A stretch of 64,000 bases of DNA from Candidatus Hadarchaeota archaeon (GCA_964384105.1 CAYLJV010000003.1:32001-96000), one strand, 5' to 3'. Counted from the stretch's first letter, positions 20,112 to 30,223 are shown. Program-made: numbers and translations. Notes: generated from the sequence alone by a model not told the origin.

Positions 20112-20581
20112 ATGAGTCCGGTGTTTCAGATTTAGTGGTAGTTGCTGTAATGTTCATTCTGTTGATACTCTCTTCTACGTTTCTTCTTGGATTCGAGTTT
20201 GGCGGTCTTGAAACTGCGGCAGATAGGCAGATGGAAGCAAAGGTGAGTCACTTTCATAGAACTTTGGAACGGTCGGAAGTAAGACCGGGTATCACCTGTC
20301 TAGAGGCCATCGCCGAGCAGTTGGTCTTGGAAAAACCTAGAGTCAAGGAGGAATATCTTAGATCTTGGTTGGAAAACACAATGAAGTTTTTGGTTCCTAA
20401 TAATCACGGAGTTGAAATTATAATGCGCTGGCGTGAAGCTATTTGGGAAGAGAATTATCGCAAAAGCGAGCAAAGAGGTGAGAATTTTCTACGTGAGGGG
20501 ACGGTTCTACTTATTGCGAGTGGTGGGGAATTGGTCAGCGTGAACTTTAAAGTAAGGGTTTTCGAGATTTTTGATCAATAA
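20099..20581 (+). CDS. Putative pilin-like protein
   Basis: TTG 20099 after GGTGA gives MEGLNESG|VSDLVVVAVMFILL, a class III-like leader. Confidence 0.55.
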   Translation: MEGLNESGVSDLVVVAVMFILLILSSTFLLGFEFGGLETAADRQMEAKVSHFHRTLERSEVRPGITCLEAIAEQLVLEKPRVKEEYLRSWLENTMKFLVPNNHGVEIIMRWREAIWEENYRKSEQRGENFLREGTVLLIASGGELVSVNFKVRVFEIFDQ

Positions 20582-20691
20582 TTTCCTTAATAATCGGTCT
20601 GGGGATGTTTTCTTCCGGTTAGCTTTTAATGTTTAAAAATGTTTTATGTGTTTAGAAAAATAGGTATAGAGAAACCCCAAATGCAAGGTAA

Positions 20692-21561
20692 TTGATCGTG
20701 AAAAATACAAAAAAATATTCAGATTTTACAGTTCTACTTCCATTGTCTTTGCTATCTGACTCCGGCAGTTTAAAGGATAAAACGCTTAAAATTGGCCAAA
20801 TTGGGAGGTCTTTAGCTATTTTTTGTGTAAATAGAGTTTTTGTTTATGATGATGAGGATCCTAATGTTAAGAATAAGGAGAAAGAATGGAAGATAATATC
20901 TACCCTCCTTGAATATATGGAAACTCCTCAGTACTTGAGAAAAGATATCTTTCCCTATATGGATGAATTGAAAAATGCTGGTCTTTTACCCCCTCTCAGG
21001 ACGCCTCACCACCCACTACAAGATGAACGTAACGAAGTTGGTGATTTTAGAGAGGGAGTAGTCTCCCAGGTAAAGAATGAAAAGTCTTACGTAAAAATGG
21101 GTTTGTCAGAAAAAGGAGTTGTTGAAGGAGAGGTGAAGGAGGGGGAGCGTTTGACGGTTCAGTTGGGTGAAAAGTTAAGTAATGGGAACAGAATTGTTTA
21201 TCCAGCAGATAGAGAGGACGTTGGAGATTACTGGGGTTACGAAGTCTTTAAATTGGATGATCTCTCCCAGATTTTAAGTAAAGAAAGCGCCGACTACTGT
21301 GTAGGAACCTCCAGATATGGCCAAAATTTATATGAGGTCGTAGACCGGATAAAGACTGATAGTGGGAATACTGTGATGGTCGCTTTCGGAGGGCCTTACC
21401 AGGGTCTCTTCGAGATTTGCGACAGACAGGGAGTCAATGCCGATAACCTGTTTGATGTCATGGTTAATACCATCCCAAATCAAGGTACTGAGACGGTGCG
21501 GGCGGAAGAAGCCCTCATAGGGACCCTCGCGGTCCTTAATATCCTGCTCAGGAGGAAATAG
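20692..21561 (+). CDS. SPOUT RNA methyltransferase (DUF171)
   Basis: 'EYMETPQYLRK', 'GLLPPLRTPHH', 'NTIPNQGTETVRAEEA'; conserved position before rpl3. Confidence 0.9.
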   Translation: MIVKNTKKYSDFTVLLPLSLLSDSGSLKDKTLKIGQIGRSLAIFCVNRVFVYDDEDPNVKNKEKEWKIISTLLEYMETPQYLRKDIFPYMDELKNAGLLPPLRTPHHPLQDERNEVGDFREGVVSQVKNEKSYVKMGLSEKGVVEGEVKEGERLTVQLGEKLSNGNRIVYPADREDVGDYWGYEVFKLDDLSQILSKESADYCVGTSRYGQNLYEVVDRIKTDSGNTVMVAFGGPYQGLFEICDRQGVNADNLFDVMVNTIPNQGTETVRAEEALIGTLAVLNILLRRK

Positions 21562-21564
21562 AAA

Positions 21565-22572
21565 ATGCCCAAGAAAAATAGACCACGAAAAGGCTCACTG
21601 GCCCACGCGCCCAGGAAGCGAGCCGGTAAATCCAAGCCTAGAGTTAGGGCTTGGCCGGAAGAAAGTGAAATAAGACTACTTGGATTTGCGGGGTACAAGG
21701 CGGGGATGACACATGTTTTCATGATTGACGATCATTCTGGGAGGCCGACTCACGGCCAGGAGGTAAACGTACCAGTTACGGTTTTGGAAGTTCCCCCAAT
21801 GAGAACTTGTGCAATTAGAGTTTATGGTGAAGACCTAGAGGGGGAGAAAGTTTTGACTGAAGCTTGGGATGAGGATCTTTCTAAAGATCTTGAGAGAAAA
21901 ATAAGTATTTCTCAGGATTACGATCAAGATAAGGCTTTTGAAAAGGCTCAGACTCTTTTTGATAATGGGAAAGCAGAGGAAATCTCTATGTTGGTTCATA
22001 CACAGCCAAAGTTGGGCTCTGTTCCAAAGAAAAAACCTGAAATATTCGAGGTCCACGTTGGGGGAAATTCAATAGAGGAAAAATGGGAAAAATCTAAAGA
22101 GATGTTGGGCAAGGAAATCAAAATTTCTGAGACATTTGGAGAAGGAGAGTATGCAGATGTCTTTGCGATTACAAAAGGTAAGGGTTTTGAAGGTCCGGTT
22201 CAGAGATGGGGGGTTAGAGTTCAGACCCGTAAAGTGCAGAAGGCCAGACGACACACAGGAGTCCTAGGGCCCTGGAGACCAAGCAGAATAATGCGTTCAG
22301 TTCCTATGTCTGGTCAGTCCGGCTATCATCAAAGGATGGAATATAATAAACGAATATTGAAAATAGGGGAGGATGGAAGTGAGGTAACTCCTAATGGGGG
22401 ATTCTTGCGCTATGGAGAAATAAAAAGTGATTATGCTATTATAAAAGGATCAGTTCCTGGCCCAACAAAAAGAATGATATTCCTACGCAGACCTATGAGG
22501 GAGAAAGAAGGTGCGCCGTCTACTCCTCCAGATATAACTTTAATAGATACTAGTTCGCAACAGGGTGGTTAA
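21565..22572 (+). CDS. rpl3: 50S ribosomal protein L3
   Basis: 'PRKGSL', 'GYKAGMTH', 'TKGKGFEGPVQRWG'. Confidence 0.97.
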   Translation: MPKKNRPRKGSLAHAPRKRAGKSKPRVRAWPEESEIRLLGFAGYKAGMTHVFMIDDHSGRPTHGQEVNVPVTVLEVPPMRTCAIRVYGEDLEGEKVLTEAWDEDLSKDLERKISISQDYDQDKAFEKAQTLFDNGKAEEISMLVHTQPKLGSVPKKKPEIFEVHVGGNSIEEKWEKSKEMLGKEIKISETFGEGEYADVFAITKGKGFEGPVQRWGVRVQTRKVQKARRHTGVLGPWRPSRIMRSVPMSGQSGYHQRMEYNKRILKIGEDGSEVTPNGGFLRYGEIKSDYAIIKGSVPGPTKRMIFLRRPMREKEGAPSTPPDITLIDTSSQQGG

Positions 22573-23356
22573 AATTAAAGTGAATGTTTTGTCTTTGGAT
22601 GGAGAAGCGAAAAGCAAGGTAGATCTTCCGGAGGTCTTTGACTTAGAGATCAGACCTAGTATTATTAAAAAGGCTGTGCACTCTGCCCAGAGCAGACGGA
22701 TTCAGCCAAAAGGACCTAACCCCAGAGCAGGCATGGATACTACGGCCGAGACCCCTCCGAAAGGTTCGGGAGCTACTCGAGTGAGAAGAGTAAAAGGGAG
22801 AGGATACCACGCTGCAGGTAGAGGGGCTTGGGCTCCGTTTACTCCTGGTGGTAGGGCAGCTCACCCTCTGAAGCCGGAGGAAGTGACTAAAGAAAATATA
22901 AACAAGAGGGAGAAGAATATCGCTATTTCCTCTGCAATTTCTGCTACTAAAAATAGGGAAGTTGTTTACTCTAGAGGTCATAAGATTGAGGAGGTTGAGA
23001 GTTTACCAATAGTTGTTGATGATGAATTTGAAAATATTAAGAAGACTCGAGAAGCAAAAGAGGTCTTGGAGAAAATTGGGGTCTGGAGTGACGTCGAGAG
23101 AGTCAAAAATGGGAAAAAGATTAGATCTGGAAGAGGAAAATCAAGAGGTCGAAAATACCGAAATAAGGTTGGCCCCCTGATAATTGTAGGGGAAGATAAA
23201 GGGATAGTTAGGGGTGCCAGAAATATTCCTGGTGTTGATATTGTTTTGGCAGATGATCTGAATGCGGAATTTTTGGCTCCTGGTGGTGTTCCAGGGCGTC
23301 TAACTATTTGGACAGAGTCCGCGATAAGTAAAATTAATAAGAGGTTTTCAAATTGA
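22565..23356 (+). CDS. rpl4: 50S ribosomal protein L4
   Basis: 'GGRAAHP', 'GKSRGRKY', '[14 protein letters not shown]'; start possibly ATT 22574. Confidence 0.96.
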   Translation: MVKIKVNVLSLDGEAKSKVDLPEVFDLEIRPSIIKKAVHSAQSRRIQPKGPNPRAGMDTTAETPPKGSGATRVRRVKGRGYHAAGRGAWAPFTPGGRAAHPLKPEEVTKENINKREKNIAISSAISATKNREVVYSRGHKIEEVESLPIVVDDEFENIKKTREAKEVLEKIGVWSDVERVKNGKKIRSGRGKSRGRKYRNKVGPLIIVGEDKGIVRGARNIPGVDIVLADDLNAEFLAPGGVPGRLTIWTESAISKINKRFSN

Positions 23357-23616
23357 AAAGTCCACATGAGGTAATAGTTCATCCGAAAGTCACGGAAAAG
23401 GCAGTTCGACTTATTGAGGAAGAGAATAAGTTGGAATTCATTGTTACGCTGGACTCCAACAAAAAGGAAATTAAAAAAGCTGTGGAAGCTTTATTTGATG
23501 TGAAAGTCGAAAGTGTAAATACACAAATCACGTCAGCTGCTGAAAAACGGGCTTTCGTTAAACTGTCTCCAGATTACAATGCTGACGAAATTGCAGCTAG
23601 ATTAGGAGTGTTCTAA
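23353..23616 (+). CDS. rpl23: 50S ribosomal protein L23
   Basis: 'PKVTEKA', 'KRAFVKL'; operon order. Confidence 0.96.
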   Translation: MKSPHEVIVHPKVTEKAVRLIEEENKLEFIVTLDSNKKEIKKAVEALFDVKVESVNTQITSAAEKRAFVKLSPDYNADEIAARLGVF

Positions 23617-23617
23617 A

Positions 23618-24325
23618 ATGGGAAAGAGATTAAGAGTTCAGAGGTCGGGAAGAGGCACACCCACCTACAGAGCGAGGACTACAAAGCTGAAGGGAGCGGT
23701 AGAACTACCTTCAGGGCGTAAGGAGACTAAGGCAAAAGTAGTAGATATAATCCATGATCCGGGTAGAAGTGCTCCTGTGGCTAGGATAAGGTATCCAAAT
23801 GATGAAGAGAGGCTTATTCTTGCTCCGGAAGGACTCAAGGTGGGTGATGAGATCGAATGTGGGATTTCTGCTTCCATAAAACCAGGTAATGTACTTCCGC
23901 TCTCTGAAATACCAGAGGGAGCTCCCGTGTATAATATCGAATCACAGCCCGGAAAAGGAGGCGAATTTGCGAGGGCCTCTGGAACCAATGCGACTCTAAT
24001 GACTCATGATGTTGGGCAAGCGATAGTCCAGCTTCCTTCTGGAGAGATAAGATCATTTAATCCTAACTGCAGAGCCACTATCGGTATTGTAGCCGGCGGT
24101 GGCAGAAAAGAGAAACCTTTTGTTAAAGCAGGTAAGAGACATCTAGCGATGAAAGGTAGAGGAAAATTGTATCCCAGGGTCTCAGGTGTTGCTATGAATG
24201 TAGTGGACCATCCATTTGGAAGTGGTAGAGGTAGACATGTTGGTAGACCAAGAACCGTGGGGAGAGATGCGCCTCCCGGACAGAAAGTTGGATTAATAAG
24301 AGCCAGAAGGACGGGAAAGAGGTGA
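23618..24325 (+). CDS. rpl2: 50S ribosomal protein L2
   Basis: 'HDPGRSAP', 'GVAMNVVDHPFG'. Confidence 0.97.
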   Translation: MGKRLRVQRSGRGTPTYRARTTKLKGAVELPSGRKETKAKVVDIIHDPGRSAPVARIRYPNDEERLILAPEGLKVGDEIECGISASIKPGNVLPLSEIPEGAPVYNIESQPGKGGEFARASGTNATLMTHDVGQAIVQLPSGEIRSFNPNCRATIGIVAGGGRKEKPFVKAGKRHLAMKGRGKLYPRVSGVAMNVVDHPFGSGRGRHVGRPRTVGRDAPPGQKVGLIRARRTGKR

Positions 24326-24330
24326 TCTGA

Positions 24331-24732
24331 TTGCCAAAACAGTTTTTATTTAGGGGTCATGATATCGAGGAGCTCAAAGAGATGTCCTTGGAAGAGTTTG
24401 CGGAATTACTTCCTGCAAAGGAGAGACGAGTGATTAGAAGAGGGTTCTCTTCAAGACAAAGGAAAGTATTGGAGAGAGTTAGAGAAGTTAAGAAAAAAGA
24501 GAATCCTAAGGAAGATTTTATTAGAACTCATTGTCGGGATATGATTATACTTCCTGAGATGGTTGGCTTACGATTTGGGGTCTACAATGGGGCGGAATTT
24601 GTTCCTGTTGAAATAACCCCTGAAATGGTAGGTCATAGGTTGGGGGAATTTGCACTTACCAGAAAGAAAGTACAACATAGCACTCCTGGAATCGGTGCCA
24701 CAAGAAGTTCGTTGTATGTACCATTGAAGTGA
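24331..24732 (+). CDS. rps19: 30S ribosomal protein S19
   Basis: '[15 protein letters not shown]', '[12 protein letters not shown]'. Confidence 0.97.
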   Translation: MPKQFLFRGHDIEELKEMSLEEFAELLPAKERRVIRRGFSSRQRKVLERVREVKKKENPKEDFIRTHCRDMIILPEMVGLRFGVYNGAEFVPVEITPEMVGHRLGEFALTRKKVQHSTPGIGATRSSLYVPLK

Positions 24733-24736
24733 TAAA

Positions 24737-25195
24737 ATGTCAGAATACGGTTATTCGATAGAAGAAGTGGATGACAGGGTATGTGCGAAGGCAATGGGGA
24801 AAGAGCTCCATATCTCGCCAAAAGATTCTCAGGAAATCTGTAAGGAAATCAAAGGGATGAAGCTGGAGAAAGCTCAGGAGTATCTAAAGGCCGTTGCTAG
24901 GAAAGATAAGCCCGTTCCTTATTCTAGACATGGTAAGAAAAGAGCCCATAGAAAAGGAAATATGGATTCGGGAGCATTTCCCGTGAAAGCAGCTCGAGCT
25001 GTTTTAGATGTTTTGGAAAATGTAGAGGCTAATGCAGAATATAAGGGCCTGATTTTTGAGAAACTTAGAATAATTCACGCTAGCGCAAATAAGGGTATTG
25101 TATATCCAGGTTTTCAGTCTAGAGCTTTTGGGAGGGCCACACCTTCAAATAAGCCAACTACTAACGTAGAGATAGTCGTTAAGGAGATGGGATAA
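24737..25195 (+). CDS. rpl22: 50S ribosomal protein L22
   Basis: 'ISPKDS.EIC', 'FPVKAA', 'RAFGRATP'. Confidence 0.96.
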   Translation: MSEYGYSIEEVDDRVCAKAMGKELHISPKDSQEICKEIKGMKLEKAQEYLKAVARKDKPVPYSRHGKKRAHRKGNMDSGAFPVKAARAVLDVLENVEANAEYKGLIFEKLRIIHASANKGIVYPGFQSRAFGRATPSNKPTTNVEIVVKEMG

Positions 25196-25881
25196 TGTCA
25201 ATAGAAAAAATATTCATTAAGAAAAGTTTTAGTCGGGCGAGACTCGAGGAATTTCTTGAGAACGAGCTAGAAGAAGCGGGCTATGGCGGGTCTGACTTAA
25301 ATAGAACTCCAATGGGAACAAGGATAACGATCTACGCAGAAAGACCCGGTGTGGTTATAGGTAGAGGAGGTAAGAGTGTACGTGGTCTTACGGATAAGCT
25401 TGAAACTGAGTTTGGAATAGAAAATCCCCAAATAGAAGTTTCTGAGGTTGAGGTTCCCGAGTATAATGCTAAGATTATGGCAAATAGAATAGCTTTCTTA
25501 TTGTCCCGTGGAATGTACTTTAGACGGGTTGGATATAGTGCTCTACAAAGAATAATGGACGCGGGAGCTTTAGGGGTCGAAATAATTATTTCAGGCAAGT
25601 TGACCGGTGATTATGCGAGAGAGGAGCGATTCTATGAAGGTTATCTTAAAAAAGCGGGAGATTTTGCTGAGAGATACGTGAGTGATGGAAAGGCGGTTGC
25701 TAGTCTTCCTGCTGGGACTGTCGGAGTAAGAGTTAAAATAATGCCTCCAGGTGTAGAGATTCCAGGTGGTGCCGATGTAAAAAAGAAGGCGGAGAAGAAG
25801 GAATCCGAGGTCAAGAAGATTGAAAGCGAACCAGACACTTCTGAAGTTGAAGAGAAAATCAAGGTTGAGGAGAAGGAGTAA
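25195..25881 (+). CDS. rps3: 30S ribosomal protein S3
   Basis: KH motif 'PGVVIGRGG', 'GVEIIISGKL'. Confidence 0.97.
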   Translation: MSIEKIFIKKSFSRARLEEFLENELEEAGYGGSDLNRTPMGTRITIYAERPGVVIGRGGKSVRGLTDKLETEFGIENPQIEVSEVEVPEYNAKIMANRIAFLLSRGMYFRRVGYSALQRIMDAGALGVEIIISGKLTGDYAREERFYEGYLKKAGDFAERYVSDGKAVASLPAGTVGVRVKIMPPGVEIPGGADVKKKAEKKESEVKKIESEPDTSEVEEKIKVEEKE

Positions 25882-25886
25882 TCAGA

Positions 25887-26105
25887 ATGGCAATATTGAA
25901 ACCTAACGAAATTAGAGATATGAATATCGAGGAGATGAGAGTTAAACTAGCAGAGCTTAGAACTGAGCTTGCCAGAGAGAAGGCGGTAGCTGCAGCAGGT
26001 GGTTCTCTCGAGAATCCAGGTAGAGTACAAGAGTTGAGAAAGACAATTGCAAGACTTTTGACTATTATGAATGAAACTCAAAAAAGTGAGGAGGGAGGTG
26101 GATAG
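25887..26105 (+). CDS. rpl29: 50S ribosomal protein L29
   Basis: 'ENPGRVQELRKTIARLLT'. Confidence 0.95.
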   Translation: MAILKPNEIRDMNIEEMRVKLAELRTELAREKAVAAAGGSLENPGRVQELRKTIARLLTIMNETQKSEEGGG

Positions 26106-26111
26106 GGCCGA

Positions 26112-26420
26112 ATGCCGGAAATATGCCCGACCTGTGGGTTACCTAAGGAGATCTGCGCTTGCGAAGAAATAGCTCAAGAGCAACAAAGAATAAGAGTGTT
26201 TTCTCAGAAGCGAACTTTCGGTAAATTTGTGACGGTTATCGAAGGTTTGGATGAAGAAAGAGTTGACCTCGGTGAAGTGGCAAGTAAGTTGAAAAAGAAT
26301 CTTGCTTGTGGCGGTACGGTTAAAAATGGAAAAATTGAACTCCAAGGTAATCATGAATCTCGGGTTAAGGATATGCTTGTTAGTATGGGTTTCTCATCGG
26401 ATATGATAGAAGTGGAGTAG
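26112..26420 (+). CDS. sui1: Translation initiation factor aIF1/SUI1
   Basis: 'CPTCGLPKEICAC', 'LACGGT', 'IELQGNH'. Confidence 0.95.
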   Translation: MPEICPTCGLPKEICACEEIAQEQQRIRVFSQKRTFGKFVTVIEGLDEERVDLGEVASKLKKNLACGGTVKNGKIELQGNHESRVKDMLVSMGFSSDMIEVE

Positions 26421-26427
26421 ATCAGAC

Positions 26428-26700
26428 ATGTCGATGAATATTAGGAATGTTTTACAGCACGAACTTATAGGTTTGGAAGTAGAAGTAACGGAAAGCACTA
26501 ATCTGTACTTGGAAGGAAAGAAGGGAATTATTATGGATGAAACTCGTAATACCTTGACTATTAAAGAGGAGGGAGAATTGAAGATGCTTCCGAAAAAGGA
26601 AATCGTCTTTTCGGTTAAAACTCCTGAGGGGGAAAAGGTAAAAGTAAAAGGAAGAAAAATAGTAGCCCGTCCTGAAGATAGAACCAAAAAATTAGGTTGA
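26428..26700 (+). CDS. rnp1: RNase P protein component 1 (Rpp29)
   Basis: 'HELIGL', 'DETRNT', 'RPEDR'. Confidence 0.94.
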   Translation: MSMNIRNVLQHELIGLEVEVTESTNLYLEGKKGIIMDETRNTLTIKEEGELKMLPKKEIVFSVKTPEGEKVKVKGRKIVARPEDRTKKLG

Positions 26701-26704
26701 TATT

Positions 26705-27025
26705 ATGATTGATCAAAGTATAAAACCACCAAAGGAAAAATGTGAGGACAAAAACTGTCCATTTCATGGAGATATTTCTGTTAGAGGGCAGATTTTGGTA
26801 GGAAACGTAGTTAGTGCTAAAATGGACCGGACTGTGGTAGTTGAAAGGAGTTACGCCGAGAAAGTACCTAAATATGAGAGATATGAAAGAAGATCTTCTC
26901 GTGTCCATGCCCATAATCCTCCTTGCATAAATGCTCGCGAAGGAGATCAGGTCAAAATAGGAGAGACCCGAAAATTGAGCAAACAAAAATCTTTCGTGGT
27001 TTTAGAGAAGAAGGTTGGTGATTAA
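26705..27025 (+). CDS. rps17: 30S ribosomal protein S17
   Basis: '[10 protein letters not shown]', 'KYERYE', 'HAHNPPC'. Confidence 0.96.
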   Translation: MIDQSIKPPKEKCEDKNCPFHGDISVRGQILVGNVVSAKMDRTVVVERSYAEKVPKYERYERRSSRVHAHNPPCINAREGDQVKIGETRKLSKQKSFVVLEKKVGD

Positions 27026-27026
27026 T

Positions 27027-27443
27027 TTGCCAAAAGCGGCCACTGGTGGAGTTTCAACGGTTGTTCCAACTAAGACATTGGCACAAGGGACGAGATTAGA
27101 GTGTACGGATAATACAGGGGCCAAACAGTTGGGCATAATTTCCGTGATTGGGTACAAAGGGACCCGAAGACGAATGCCAAAGGCGGGAGTGGGGGATATG
27201 GTTGTTGCCTCTGTTAAGAAGGGAAGACCGGAATTGAGGAAGCAGATAGTTCATGGTATTATAGTCAGACAAAGAAAGGAATATAGACGTTCGAATGGAA
27301 TGAGAATTAAGTTTGAAGACAATGCAGCTGTTTTGACTAGCCCAGAAGGAGAGCCTCAAGGCTCTGAGATTAGGGGTCCTATGGCTAGAGAAGCTGTCGA
27401 AAAGTGGCCTCAATTGGCGGGTATGGCGTCTATAATAGTTTAA
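27027..27443 (+). CDS. rpl14: 50S ribosomal protein L14
   Basis: 'DNTGAK', 'SVKKGRP', 'FEDNAAV'; TTG 27027 after GGTGA. Confidence 0.96.
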   Translation: MPKAATGGVSTVVPTKTLAQGTRLECTDNTGAKQLGIISVIGYKGTRRRMPKAGVGDMVVASVKKGRPELRKQIVHGIIVRQRKEYRRSNGMRIKFEDNAAVLTSPEGEPQGSEIRGPMAREAVEKWPQLAGMASIIV

Positions 27444-27453
27444 GGTGGTAAAG

Positions 27454-27873
27454 ATGAAGGATAATAGTTCTAAAAGTATTCAAAAGAGAAGAAAGGCTAT
27501 GGCTGCTCCTCTAAGCGACGATTTGAAGAAGAAGTATGGTTTTCGTTCGCTTACTGTTAGAAGTGGAGATAAAGTGAGAGTGCTTCGCGGTGATTTTGTT
27601 GGAGTGGAAGGCGAAGTTTCTGAAGTTGATACTGACCGCGAAAGAATATTAGTTGAAGGTGTAGAAACGGCTACAGCTGATGAGATGGAAGTGTCTTCTC
27701 CGATCCATCCGTCGAATGTCGAGATAACCAAGCTTGAAAAAGATAAAATGAGAGATAAAATTATAGAAAGGAGGTCTGAATATGGCAAAGAAAGGCGAGA
27801 AAGGATATCTGAAGAGATTGAACATTCCGAAGACTTGGAAGATGCCGAAAAAGAAGAAGAGATGGGCAGTTAG
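27454..27873 (+). CDS. rpl24: 50S ribosomal protein L24
   Basis: KOW 'GDKVRVLRGD', 'IHPSNV'; long overlap with rps4e. Confidence 0.93.
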   Translation: MKDNSSKSIQKRRKAMAAPLSDDLKKKYGFRSLTVRSGDKVRVLRGDFVGVEGEVSEVDTDRERILVEGVETATADEMEVSSPIHPSNVEITKLEKDKMRDKIIERRSEYGKERRERISEEIEHSEDLEDAEKEEEMGS

Positions 27874-28510
27874 GCCATCACCCGGCCCTCATCCAAAAAA
27901 GGAGTCTATCCCTCTAGCTGTCGCTTTGAGAGAAAGTCTTAGGTTTTCCCGGACTAAAAAAGAAGCCGATAGGATAATAAGTAGTGGAATGGTGAAGGTA
28001 GACGGAAAGGCAAGAAGGGACTCGAGATATCCGATAGGATTTATGGACGTGCTCGAAATACCTAAGATCGGAAAGAGTTGGCGCGTGCTTTTCGATAAGA
28101 AAGGATATCTTCATTTCTGTGAGATTGAAAAGGATTCGAACTTCAAACTTGTAAAAGTAGTTGGTAAAAATCCTTTCAAAGGCGGTAAGATACAACTTTC
28201 GTTTAGTGATGGTAAGACTTTGGTCGGTGATTTCGATTCGATAAAAGTGGGGGATTCGGTAAAGATTAGTCTACTCGAAATTAATTTTGAAAGCAGTATT
28301 CCACTTGATAAAGGAAGTCTCGCGTTTATTACTGGTGGTAGCAACGTAGGTAAAAGAGGTAAGATAGAGGAAGTTTTAGAGTCTGGTGGGTCTTCAGAGG
28401 ACCACTTTTTGATTAAATCGGATAGTGAAGAGTTTCAGTCTCCAGAAAGATATGTCTTTGCGATTGGTACAGATGAGACTGAGATATTCCTTCCAGAGGT
28501 GGTCAAATGA
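27782..28510 (+). CDS. rps4e: 30S ribosomal protein S4e
   Basis: 'LKRL', 'PSPGPH', 'VDGK', 'GFMDV', 'ITGG'. Confidence 0.95.
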   Translation: MAKKGEKGYLKRLNIPKTWKMPKKKKRWAVRPSPGPHPKKESIPLAVALRESLRFSRTKKEADRIISSGMVKVDGKARRDSRYPIGFMDVLEIPKIGKSWRVLFDKKGYLHFCEIEKDSNFKLVKVVGKNPFKGGKIQLSFSDGKTLVGDFDSIKVGDSVKISLLEINFESSIPLDKGSLAFITGGSNVGKRGKIEEVLESGGSSEDHFLIKSDSEEFQSPERYVFAIGTDETEIFLPEVVK

Positions 28511-29013
28511 ATGAGATGAAGGAGATTAAAGTTGGAAAAGTTGTTCTTAATATAGGCGTTGGGCAGGGAGGAAAAGAACTGACAAATGCCGAGAAAGTGC
28601 TAGAGAAGATAACGGGTAAATCGCCGGTAAGAACCCAGGCAAAACAGACTAACCAAACTTTCGATCTCAGAGAAGGCACCCCTATAGGATGTAAAGTCAC
28701 TTTGAGAGATGAGGCTGCTGTTGAGAATCTCGAGAAGTTACTAGATGTGAAAGGTAAAGAGATTAAGAGGTCTTCTTTTGATAATTATGGTAATTTTTCC
28801 TTTGGGATTGATGAACATATTGAAATTCCAGATATGGATTATGATCCGAATGTGGGAATATTTGGGTTCGATGTCGCCGTAAGACTTGTAAGACCTGGAT
28901 TTAGAGTAAAGGAGCGCAGGAAAAGACCTAGTTCTATTCCGGATTCCCATCTGATTAATAAGGATGAGGCGATTGAGTTTGTAGAAGAAGAGTTTGGTGT
29001 TAAGGTGGTTTAA
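28507..29013 (+). CDS. rpl5: 50S ribosomal protein L5
   Basis: 'KVVLNIGVG', 'GCKVTLR', 'GNFSFGI.EH'. Confidence 0.96.
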   Translation: MNEMKEIKVGKVVLNIGVGQGGKELTNAEKVLEKITGKSPVRTQAKQTNQTFDLREGTPIGCKVTLRDEAAVENLEKLLDVKGKEIKRSSFDNYGNFSFGIDEHIEIPDMDYDPNVGIFGFDVAVRLVRPGFRVKERRKRPSSIPDSHLINKDEAIEFVEEEFGVKVV

Positions 29014-29160
29014 TTGGTTGAGGAAAAAGAAAAGAAAAAAGCAAATGAGTGCGAAAGATGTCATACTAGGGCCGCTGTCTACCAACAATATGGCCTTTAT
29101 CTATGCCGTAGATGCTTTCGAGAGGTCGCTCCGAAGATGGGATTTAAAAAATATGAGTAG
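29014..29160 (+). CDS. rps14: 30S ribosomal protein S14 (Zn-binding; not in ORF track)
   Basis: TTG start; MVEEKEKKKANECERCHTRAAVYQQYGLYLCRRCFREVAPKMGFKKYE; lies between rpl5 and rps8. Confidence 0.93.
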   Translation: MVEEKEKKKANECERCHTRAAVYQQYGLYLCRRCFREVAPKMGFKKYE

Positions 29161-29169
29161 GTGTTTGTG

Positions 29170-29559
29170 ATGAGTAAAGATATTTTAGCAAATGCATTGT
29201 CTTCGATTAAGAATCATGAAGAAGTTCGAAAGAAGGAGGTTTTGATAGAACCAGCATCCAGTCTTATCGGTGATGTTTTGGAGGTCATGAAAAATGAGGA
29301 TTATATAGAGGACTTCGATTTTATCGAAGATGGTAAGTCTGGTAAGTTCAGAGTTGAGCTGAAGGGGAATATCAATAAGTGTGGGGTTATAAAACCTCGT
29401 TTTTCTGTTAGACACGATGAATTTGAGAAATGGGAGAAGAGGTACCTTCCTGCGGCAGGATATGGGATATTGGCAGTTTCTACCTCTAGAGGGGTCATGT
29501 CTCACGGAGAAGCAAAAGAGTCGGGGGTAGGAGGACGTCTCATAGCTTTCGTTTATTAG
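29170..29559 (+). CDS. rps8: 30S ribosomal protein S8
   Basis: '[10 protein letters not shown]', 'STSRGVMSH', 'GGRLIAFVY'. Confidence 0.96.
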   Translation: MSKDILANALSSIKNHEEVRKKEVLIEPASSLIGDVLEVMKNEDYIEDFDFIEDGKSGKFRVELKGNINKCGVIKPRFSVRHDEFEKWEKRYLPAAGYGILAVSTSRGVMSHGEAKESGVGGRLIAFVY

Positions 29560-29584
29560 CTTGACTGATCTAGTTTCCGAAAAC

Positions 29585-29601
29585 GAAAAATCGTTTTAAA
29601 T
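29585..29601 (+). promoter_or_regulatory. Possible internal BRE/TATA promoter between rps8 and rpl6
   Basis: 'cgaaaaatcgttttaaat' in a ~120-nt gap within an otherwise tightly coupled operon. Confidence 0.4.
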
Positions 29602-29678
29602 TTTAATATGAGAGTAATTTTTGACCGAGAAGTTATAAGAAAAGGATATGACTGAAATAAAGGTTCAAGCCGGTAAAG

Positions 29679-30221
29679 GTGTTATCTGTGATTGGAAAAG
29701 GAATAGAAAAGACGGTTGAAATCCCAGAAGAAGTGGATTTGACGGTAGATGGTCTCAGCGTCAGCGTTAGTGGACCAAATGGAGAGCTTTCAAGAACATT
29801 TAATTTGAGGGGGATAGTGTTGGAGAAAGAAGAGAATAAGGTAATTGTAAAGTCGGATTCCAAAAGGAAGAGGCATAAAGCACTGGTAGGAACTATCTCT
29901 TCTCACATCAGAAATATGATTGAGGGGGTAACTGAAGGGTTTACTAGCAAGCTAAAGGTTGTTTACTCTCACTTTCCTGTATCAGTTAGCGTTGAGGGAG
30001 ATAAAGTCAAGATAGAAAACTTCATTGGTGGAGAGAAATCCAGATATGCGAAAATAGTGGGTGATACCGAGGTGGAAGTCAATGGAGATGATGTAGAAGT
30101 GACAGGTTCGAATAAAGAAGATGTTGGACAGACTGCCGCTAATATAGAACAGGTGGCACAAGTTAAAAACAAAGACCCAAGAGTATTCCAAGATGGAATA
30201 TATATTGTAAAGAGGCCGTAA
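29679..30221 (+). CDS. rpl6: 50S ribosomal protein L6
   Basis: 'VYSHFP', 'NFIG', 'DPRVFQDGIY'; start may be GTG 29688. Confidence 0.96.
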   Translation: MLSVIGKGIEKTVEIPEEVDLTVDGLSVSVSGPNGELSRTFNLRGIVLEKEENKVIVKSDSKRKRHKALVGTISSHIRNMIEGVTEGFTSKLKVVYSHFPVSVSVEGDKVKIENFIGGEKSRYAKIVGDTEVEVNGDDVEVTGSNKEDVGQTAANIEQVAQVKNKDPRVFQDGIYIVKRP

Positions 30222-30223
30222 TT

